Source of the DNA: Macrostomum lignano
Lineage: Eukaryota
DNA: 64,000 nucleotides
Direction of reading: 5' to 3'
NCBI GenBank assembly: GCA_002269645.1
Contig: NIVC01002011.1
Span: 124,001 to 188,000, forward strand
The notes beneath the pieces were generated by a model. The model did not search any database, was not told the origin of the DNA, and saw only the letters and a list, made by a program, of their open reading frames with translations. Numbering within the stretch: the first letter of the stretch is position 1; every line of letters starts with the position of its first letter. The translations under genes were made by a program, and so were the position numbers. Positions 61,760 through 64,000 of this stretch are shown one piece after another.

Positions 61760-64000
61760 GCGATGCTCCACGCCTGCCCCTATCTTTAGCAGGTAAAGGC
61801 TGGTGGGAGGTCTGCACCCTCTATTTGCCTCCGGCAGCCGCAGACCCCCACGCTGTCTCGCAAGTCGACCGAAGGGTACTCGTCCCCGCGTATGTTCAAG
61901 CGAGACCCTAGGGCTGCTGGACAGTCTGGGCTCCGGCTCTGGTTAACCATCCAGTGGTTTTGGCGGAACTTGGGTTTGCTGGTCTGGCTCGCCAGTCCGC
62001 AGGTCATGGTACTGCTTAACGTACCCTCTTAATGCCTAAGGTGTTTGACCGCGCCGATGGGCTAGAAGGCCGGGAGTAGTCCGGTCGCTAGCGGTCCTCC
62101 TTTTTTGTTCCTTTCTTCTCTTCCTTGTGACTTGCTCACTCCTTTCCGCTTTCACGCTGCAACGAGCGGCGACGACGACACGACAGGGAGGCTGCGGGCT
62201 GGCCACCTGCGGAGGGGGAACCTCAGAGGGTGAGGCTACTGCTGTTGAGCTGAAAGGAGCCATAGCAACCCTTGCCTCCCACCCCCCCTTAGGAAACACC
62301 CCCAGCTGGTGTGCCACCCAGCAAACCTTCCATCAGCGCAGTCGGGCCTTCGGGAGCCGGTGGAGGAGCAGGACCTTACTGCCGATCAACTCGACAGTAC
62401 CTGGCGCACCATCAACGCAGCGCTTATTGACCAGCTCCTGGCAGGCCGCTCCGTGGGTGTAGTCAGATCAGCCAAAACCGACGGCTACATTTTCATCTGT
62501 TGCAACTCGGAGGAGAGCAGCCGCAGTCTACGCGAGCTTCTACCGAAACAGGCCTAAGAAGCTCGGCAAACTCGTCTTCGTTAGCGAGGGCAAGCGACAA
62601 AAGACCCTGCGCTTTCGCGTATCCCGGCCGGCAGTGCCATTTAGTACCATTGTCCTGCTGAAGCTGCATCCTGACCTCGAGGTCAACGGGCTCCTACACC
62701 ACGCCACTTCCGGCAAGGAGAAGGGGGCCACTGTGATCTTAGGGCTCTCTCACGATTGGGCTAAGCGCTTGCCGCCTAAGTCCACGATCCATCTTGGTCT
62801 GACTCAGCTGACCATACTCCGTTGCGAGGAGCGAAAAGCTGACGAAGCATGCTGAGGCTTCTGAAACCGGAACTGGGGCCCAGGCACCTCCGACAAAGAA
62901 GCTGAGACAAGCGGCTGACCCCAGCCCGGAAAGGCAGTCCGCGCTGCTGAAACCGGCAGCCGAAACCGCAGACCTGCCAGGAGCACCCGAAGGTCGGGTC
63001 TGATTCATCGCGCGCTGGACCAGGCCAGGAGCCTCCGGGCGCATCTTGAACGGGTCCGCACTTCTCGCGCTCCCAACAGCCAGAAGGTCGGGCTGAAAGC
63101 GGGGAGGCGCTGACTGACTGGTTCGAGGCTGTCACTCACTAGAAGGCTGGCGTCACCCGCATCGACCTGACCAACGAGGCGGAGGGTCTGGGTAGTGACG
63201 GCACCGAAGCACGTAGGGGAGGCGACGGTTACGTCCACGCTGGGCTCACGCCCGGGGAGGACTCCACAGCCACCCTGACTGCCGAGGACGCTGAAACTCG
63301 CATTGGAGGTCTGCGGGCCAACCAGCTCTGAAAAGGAGGATGACCTGCTCCACGATTCCCCAACTGTGAAAATGATCAGCAGCCAGGGACTCCGGTGTTT
63401 TCAGATCAATCTGCAGCACTGCGTCACAGCCTCTGTCAACATTATGCGTTATGCCGAGTTCGACATGCCGGGGCTCATCCTCGTCTGGGAACCCTGGACC
63501 CTCAAAAGTAAGCCTCAGAACGCCGGCACGTCCACGGATAACCCACGGGAAACGCTTGATATAATTCTTTCTGAGTTTTTCCCTAACGAGCCGGCTAACC
63601 GACCACCCCGGATCACTCTGAGGGAGGTCACGCGCTCGCTGCCTCTATCATCACGAAGAACCGCATCGTTAAAGCAGCTACCTCATTCAAGCTCGTCAAA
63701 GCTCCAGGACCTAACGGTATTGTACCTGCTTCTCCTAAGAGGGGCGGTTAAATGCCCAGGCTTCCTGCGTAAACTTTGCAGCCTTTTACGGGCATGCATC
63801 ACGCTTGGATGCGTCCCACGGGCTTGGACCGTGGCAAAGGTGATTTTCATCCCTAAGCCAGGCCTACCATGACTACCATTCTATCAAATCCTTCAGACCG
63901 ATCAGCCTGACCTCCTCCCTGGTCAAGCTGATGGAGAGACTGGTGCTTTGGCGCCTTCTCTCTGTGGAGCTGAAGAACAAGCCTCTCAGCGAGAACCAGC
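61760..64000 (+). mobile_element. LOA/R1-group non-LTR retrotransposon relic (5' region, ORF1, deleted APE, RT start); truncated by the window edge
   Basis: The 5' block is homologous to 34600-34760. ORF1-like pieces at 62309-62855 (GATVILGLSHDWAKRLPPKSTIHLGLTQL, DUF4780-like by pattern). FQINLQHC...LILVWEPW (APE start) is joined to DNPRETLDIILSEFFP, then KAPGPNGI, KVIFIPKPG, FRPISLTSSLVKLMERLVLWR. Confidence 0.85.

Noticed and set aside
61790-61990. HDV-like ribozyme in the LINE 5' region
   Set aside because: Candidate helices (GGTCTGC/GCAGACC, GTCTCGC/GCGAGAC) did not give the nested double pseudoknot by hand and did not covary with the 34.6-kb copy.

Overview
Eukaryotic (animal-like) genomic window; the species cannot be determined from sequence alone. 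Positions 1-7.95 kb are a 23-bp satellite with nested higher-order structure. From 8 to 38 kb lies a dense field of decayed mobile elements: Gypsy, BEL/Pao, LOA-like and other LINEs, hAT, Tc1/mariner, a foldback, a possible Crypton-type tyrosine-recombinase relic, and a Polinton/Maverick-like virus relic with major and minor capsid fragments. The only intact host genes are two tandem, minus-strand, 9-exon xanthine dehydrogenase/aldehyde-oxidase-family paralogs (38438-47536, 1342 aa; 54222-61242, 1343 aa). I reconstructed both exon by exon with GT-AG junctions and consistent phases. Main second-look signals: (1) the 8-mer CCATAGAC/GTCTATGG occurs about 19 times, clustered, and bounds short unrelated modules without target-site duplications; (2) several paralog substitutions fall on substrate-channel positions, in a region that seems to have escaped homogenisation; (3) a sharply bounded ~5-kb CpG desert; (4) the Polinton-like relic carries a triplicated unknown small gene. 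All counts and alignments were done by eye; no database search was run.
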